DNA from: Lingula anatina
Lineage: Eukaryota > Animalia > Brachiopoda
Direction of reading: 5' to 3'
Assembly: GCA_051362555.1 (NCBI GenBank)
Contig: CM120640.1
Span: forward strand, 8,184,001 to 8,248,000
DNA length: 64,000 bases
A model generated the notes under the pieces. The model was not told the DNA's origin. It did not search any database and was given only the letters and a program-made list of their open reading frames with translations. Each line of letters opens with the position of its first letter. Within the stretch, counting starts at the first letter, position 1. Shown here in pieces: positions 63,180 through 64,000 of this stretch. A program made the translations under genes and the position numbers.

Positions 63180-63850
63180 ATTGCCATCACCTGCGTCTGT
63201 CGTCGCCGATCATGTTGCCGTCGCCGTGCACTTTCAGCGTTAACACCATAAGTGGAAGACAGTTTTACTTTTTGGCTTTATATTTACAGAGCTGACTAAT
63301 ATTCATAAAACGCAGGTCAAGTTCGAAAATCAGCATGATCGGCCCATTATTATAGAATTTATGCTGTTTTTTCACTTTTTAGCATATATGCAACACTGTT
63401 AACACATTTCAAGGAAAACCGATAGGCCTGTTGTCATGAAACTCACAGGAGTATTCAGTCTTACTAAAAGGCAGATCAAGTTCGAAAATCGGCATGATCG
63501 GGCCACTACTTTAGTAGTTATGCTGTTTTTTCACTTTTCAGCATATATGCAACACTGTTAACACATTTCAAGGAAAACCGATAGACCTGTTGTCATGAAA
63601 CTCACAGGAGTAATCAATCTTACTAAAACGCAGGTCAAGTTCGAAAATGGGCATGATCGGGCCACCATTTTACTAGTTATGCTGTTTTTTACACTTTTCA
63701 GCATATGTGCAACACTGTAAACACAATATAAGAAAAACAGATGGGCCAATTGTCATGAAAGTCACAGGAGTGGTCAATTTTACTAAAATGCAGGTTGAGT
63801 TCGTAAATCAGCATAATCGTGCCATTATTTTAGAAGGTATGCTGTTTTTT
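63180..63850. repeat. ~159-bp tandem satellite array (about 3.5 units), probably inside a HINE-type element
   Basis: GCAG(G/A)TCAAGTTCGAAAAT recurs at 63312, 63471, 63630 and, degenerate, 63790. A CGTC/GTCG-type microsatellite-like tract precedes it at ~63194-63228. Confidence 0.85.
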
Positions 63851-64000
63851 CACATTTCCTCAGATTCAATTTTTAGGCATGTTAACAGTCTCATTATTAA
63901 ACTAATAAGATACGTGAAAGTGTTTGTTTGACATTTCCTGCATCTTTACAACATTGTTAGTTGATTTTGTAAAAATGATGGTAAACATGTTATCGTGTAT

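Noticed and set aside
63300-63850. Regularly spaced repeats as a CRISPR-like array
   Set aside because: Whole 159-bp units repeat with no unique spacers, there are no cas genes, and the context is eukaryotic.

Overview
This is AT-rich, intron-containing animal genomic DNA, not prokaryotic; the repeat families and homeobox sequences suggest a mollusc or other lophotrochozoan (inference). Most ORFs in the supplied track are spurious or are single exons. Four spliced genes can be built by hand with consistent GT-AG splice phases: the NK-cluster homeobox gene Lbx (+, 2 exons, 289 aa), an NNMT/PNMT/INMT-family SAM-dependent N-methyltransferase (-, 3 exons, 262 aa) lying between the two homeobox genes, the NK-cluster homeobox gene Tlx (+, 3 exons, 290 aa), and the first 14 exons of a PTCD3/mS39-like mitochondrial PPR gene (+, 3' end not found in the window). 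Introns and intergenic DNA carry many non-autonomous transposons (MITEs, Helentron-type HINEs with ~146-159 bp internal satellites, a LINE 3' fragment, Tc1/mariner remnants) and microsatellites. The most notable observation is a second, diverged copy of the start of the Tlx terminal exon, 145 nt upstream of the canonical one. It has its own phase-correct acceptor and keeps the amino acids while changing most synonymous codons, which predicts an alternative C-terminally truncated Tlx isoform with an intact homeodomain.
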